From Vezdaea acicularis (lineage: Eukaryota): 50,661 nt of DNA. Made by a program: the position numbers and the translations under genes. The stretch is from contig JAPEUI010000113.1 of NCBI GenBank assembly GCA_026025075.1, positions 1-50,661 of the forward strand, in the 5' to 3' direction. How positions within the stretch are numbered: the stretch's first letter is position 1; every line of letters begins with the position of its first letter. Under the pieces are notes generated by a model. It was given only the letters and a program-made list of their open reading frames with translations, had not been told where the DNA came from and made no database searches. Below, one piece after another: positions 46,901 through 50,661 of this stretch.

Positions 46901-48739
46901 GACCGCAACTCTTGGCCTTACGTGGCTACTGACACGATCCCAAGCCCAGCGAGGAGAGAGGAAAGTCCAAGCTCGAGGCGGTCCGGCCTACCCCGAAGCA
47001 CTCTGCTCAGCGGCTCAAAATAGGTCCACCTCGCAAGTCGTCCAATAGGGACAAAAAAGCCCAAAAACGCCCGTATCACAGCACCAAAGCACCACCGAAG
47101 CGCTTCTATCCCACCAACGCGTATAATAGACGGCGTTCCCTCCTTACTCCCGTATTGAACTCCACAAAACTCGTAAATACCGTCCCAGCAAGTATGAGCG
47201 CCGGGGGAGCGCCGAGATTTTAATGCATGTCCGTTGTATTTATGCGTGGTCCAGGTTTCCGGGGGTGTCGCATCTGACGCGTTTTTGGGGAACGAACGAG
47301 CTCGGGGTGGCATCTCGGAAATTCTAGCGGGCATCCCCATGCGGTTTTTGTCGGCTCGCGCCGCCGAAAAAGGAAAATGGGGCGATCATGTGATATGGAC
47401 ATGTGAATTCAACTGTGATGCTCGCGGTTCACGGCTATTGAGCGTCACGGGCAATAGGCCGATACTGGATCAAGCCAGTGAGGAACTTTATTATCGAGGG
47501 GGAGGCAAGAGGATGGGATAGATGCCTTCATAGCGTGACCAAGACAAACGCATGGAGGCAGGCAACAGGTTGTACTTCAGAGGCACAGGAGTAACCAGCC
47601 CAGACAGACTTCTAGAACGAACCGTATAGATTAAGACGCGGTCGCGGTCATCGAACTCATGATGCGATTGAACTGAACGAGCAAGTATGATACAGGCGGG
47701 CGGACAAAGCAAAACCAGACCAAAAAAAAAAAAAGAGAAGGGTTGGTGTTGGTGGTGAGAGTCCAAGCAGATGCAAGCCCCCTTTCCCTTTCCCCCCAAG
47801 ATGACCCGCCGATGAATGCGTGTGTCCCACCACCGCCGTTCCACCAGAATTCAAAGAAGAACAGTCAGGAAAAGCAGAAGCCACGGACTCAGACGCATAC
47901 ACCACCCCTCACGCACACACGCAACGGACAAGTGATGAGCCCTTTCTTAAGAAAGAATGCTCCCCCTTATGCCGCGTGGTGGTAGAGTCCGAGTAATGAT
48001 CGCAAGAAAAGAAAATTCGTAAAGCCGCTGCACCGCGAGCGAGTATTCTCGAGCGAAGCTGGCGCACGTGGAGCAGAGTTCGATCAATCTTGGGTTCCGG
48101 CGACGGAAAGCGGTTCTAAGTTTTTTAAATGTTTTCGTCATGAGGAAGGGAAGTAGAAGTAAAGGAAGACGAGGCTGAAATAGGCTGAAAGATTGGAACA
48201 GACAAGATTTAAGATGATCGCTGGTGTAAGTGGGGGGTACTGTTGTTCGGTGATTCAAAGATGCAGGACGTGGTACGAAAGGAAGTTGGGTAAAGAGTCG
48301 AAGTCGTTCTAGCAGGCTGTAAGGGAACTAGTTTTTCGAGGAAAGATCGGCCGTTGATGATGTTTGGATGATCCTGTGAGAAGATGATGACGACAACGCC
48401 CGATGTATTTCTCGATATGTAGCCGGACACAGCTTGCAGGCTCGAACGCTTCAAGGAGGGGGAAACAAAATGTCAGTCTGAAAGGGGAAAGCAAATCAAA
48501 AAAACAACAAACAGTCAAGCCGCTAAACATCGCTAATCGTGAATCGTATCTTTGAACAAAGGGAATGGACGCAAGAAAAAGTGGTGATTCCGAGATTCCT
48601 TTTTTCCGTACGAGGCAAGCAAGTTTCTATTCGGAGTAGTAGCTTGAGAGGGGGTTCTGTTTCCGTTCTATGTCTGTTGGAGAGTCTGACGAATCTGTTG
48701 AAGAAGATGTGAAGTCGGAAGAGAGAGAGTTGAAATCTT

Positions 48740-49951
48740 TCAGCCGTCGTCGTCCTCGTCCTCCTCGGCATCTTCGCTGTCTTCGTTCGACGTGCTTCTG
48801 CGCGTGGGGTTTCCAGCCGTCAAGAAGTTGCCAGCGGTCTTCAGTTTCTTGACCGGCGTGGAGGTGTCTGGCGGCCCTAGAGCCTTTCTCTTATTGCTTC
48901 CACCAGCGCTTCCTGTTGCACTAGGCTGAGTTCCTACTTTGGCTGGGGTCTCGGTGGAGTTCTCTTTGTCACCTACAGCATCGCCATCGTCACCCTTCTC
49001 CTCCATCTCCGCTACTTCTTGAGCGGTCAAGAAGCGCCCTCCCGGTCCTCGCGGGCGACGCATGGCGTGGTTATGCCTCGATTCGTGAAGATACGGCTTC
49101 CGGCCTTTACTCGTCAAACGGAGAGCCTCCTCGAGCTTTTGGCGAGCCACGCGTCGCTTGAGGATACGATGGAACTGCTTCGCATTCACGTACAACGGGG
49201 ACTCCTCCGCACTTCCCGACACGGCTTCCGGCGACTGTTGGTGCTGCGGAACCGGTGGCTGCTGAGGCTGGGACATCTGGGGAGGGACGGATGAGCGAGG
49301 AGCGGCGGCATGGTTTCCCATGACAGGCTGAGAGTTTGGAACGGCAGGACTGGCCAGCTGCTGTTGTTGCTGCTGCTGTTGGCTCATCCGGCGCTGGGGC
49401 ATCTGCGGGTTTTGAGGAACTTGCACCTGAGATGAAAGGTGTGATGGACCTCCCATCGGGCCCGGTACCTGCTGTGGTGAACGAGGGTTCCGTTCCTTCT
49501 TGACCGGTACGCCGGCCATCCGCGGCGAGCCTCGTGGGTCTTGCAGGCCACCTTGTAGAGCCTGCTCGCCGGAGATGGGATAGAAGCTCTGCCCTGATGC
49601 CGCCGCCATCGCTTGGGTTGGAGAGATACCCGGATACTGCTGGTGTATCCCTTGTGGCCCGACCGCGTAGGTGGGCGGATAGTTCAGCTGATGCTGTAGA
49701 GGATGGCTGCCTTGGCCCTGCCCGGCTTGTTGCTGCATCCCGTGCGTCGACTGCGATGGCAAGATGGGCGAGGCTTGATGTTGCGCGGCATGCTGCTGAT
49801 GCATCGACGGTTGTTGATTCGGAGGCGAAGTCATGGGAGCTCCGCCAGGTCCGGCATTCGGCGGCGGCGCCGGGTATCCTCCTTGGAGATGTGGTTGAGC
49901 GTGGGGGTGTTGCCCGTGCTGAGGCGGTTGGTACTGCGCGTAATCCATCAT
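48740..49951 (-). CDS. hapB: CCAAT-binding complex subunit HapB/Hap2 (NF-YA)
   Basis: [51 protein letters not shown], Gln/Pro-rich N-terminus and basic C-terminal NLS-like segments. Confidence 0.95.
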   Translation of the reverse strand: MMDYAQYQPPQHGQHPHAQPHLQGGYPAPPPNAGPGGAPMTSPPNQQPSMHQQHAAQHQASPILPSQSTHGMQQQAGQGQGSHPLQHQLNYPPTYAVGPQGIHQQYPGISPTQAMAAASGQSFYPISGEQALQGGLQDPRGSPRMAGVPVKKERNPRSPQQVPGPMGGPSHLSSQVQVPQNPQMPQRRMSQQQQQQQQLASPAVPNSQPVMGNHAAAPRSSVPPQMSQPQQPPVPQHQQSPEAVSGSAEESPLYVNAKQFHRILKRRVARQKLEEALRLTSKGRKPYLHESRHNHAMRRPRGPGGRFLTAQEVAEMEEKGDDGDAVGDKENSTETPAKVGTQPSATGSAGGSNKRKALGPPDTSTPVKKLKTAGNFLTAGNPTRRSTSNEDSEDAEEDEDDDG

Positions 49952-50661
49952 GGGCGGCGAGAGATGTTCAGAAAGGACTTGCGCGCCCTCTCACGAAGAT
50001 GAGCGGGTGCGAAGTACCCTCTTGAGAGAGAGCTCCAGGGAGCTTCTTCTTTCTTGTTTATTGTTCGCGGGCGAAACTCGGCCAACGATGGGCAAGGTCG
50101 CAGGCGCCCCGGGTCGCTTGTTTTCGGTGCGAGACAGTTGCTGGTCGGCGGAGGTTGGGACGAATCGCGTTCGCGGTGACTGGAACGTACCCAGTGTGTG
50201 AAGATGAGGAGAGTGAGCTCGAGTATCAGGTTCGGTCGCTCACGTATCAACCGTGGGGAGGTCTCTCGTCTCGCGAGTTTATCGGTCTCTAACAGGTGGG
50301 TTTTGCGAAGCTAGATCGCCAGGCCCTGCAGCCCTGTTATCGAGTCAGAAGCTGTATCGAGCGACGCGCCGCGAGATTGGTCAGAACGGAGGGATTGTGT
50401 CGAAATGAATCGAAGGATCTGGGAGCGAGGACGAGGTCGAGGGGGGCCTCAGAGATATGATCGCTTCGCGCAAGATGCTCCGTGCGTGCCCGTGGCCAGC
50501 CTACAGCATGGACGACCCAGCAGTTTTGTGTGCGTCGGCGTTGCGTGTGTGCGTGTTTCTATTGTCAGCCGCCAGCGATACGTGGGGTTCGGCGGTGGTG
50601 TTGTTTCGAGGCTATGGCGGAAGCCGGTCGGGGCGCTGAAGCAAGCAACGCTATGCCAGCT

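Noticed and set aside
1..50661. tRNA, rRNA, CRISPR arrays, secondary-metabolite cluster
   Set aside because: GGTTCGA hits lack cloverleaf context, no regularly spaced repeats were seen, there is no PKS/NRPS/terpene backbone gene, and neighbouring genes are functionally unrelated.

Overview
Eukaryotic, intron-containing DNA from a filamentous ascomycete (Pezizomycotina), with GT-AG introns and CTRAC/CTAAY branch points. About 17 protein genes can be supported, mostly housekeeping: RNA exonuclease (partial), LIM-RhoGAP Lrg1, tandem-UBC E2 enzyme, ERG26, LITAF-domain protein, eIF3d, MeaB-like bZIP, Sec10, Nus1, GT34 Mnn10-like glycosyltransferase, kinesin-3 and HapB, plus four uncharacterised membrane or secreted proteins. 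The most striking element is not recovered as a protein in the ORF track: a 67-aa stand-alone cold-shock protein gene (40040-40687, minus) that reads like a Streptomyces Csp but is split by two spliceosomal introns, the second with nested self-complementarity. Also notable are a tail-anchored protein with a BNIP3/NIX-like SWVEI Atg8-interaction motif (candidate mitophagy receptor), a Cys-rich repeat secreted protein, a possible intron-retention isoform of the bZIP, and a recurring C-rich to G-rich strand switch at gene 3' ends. No tRNA, rRNA, CRISPR or intact transposon was recognised. Family assignments come from remembered motifs; no database search was run.
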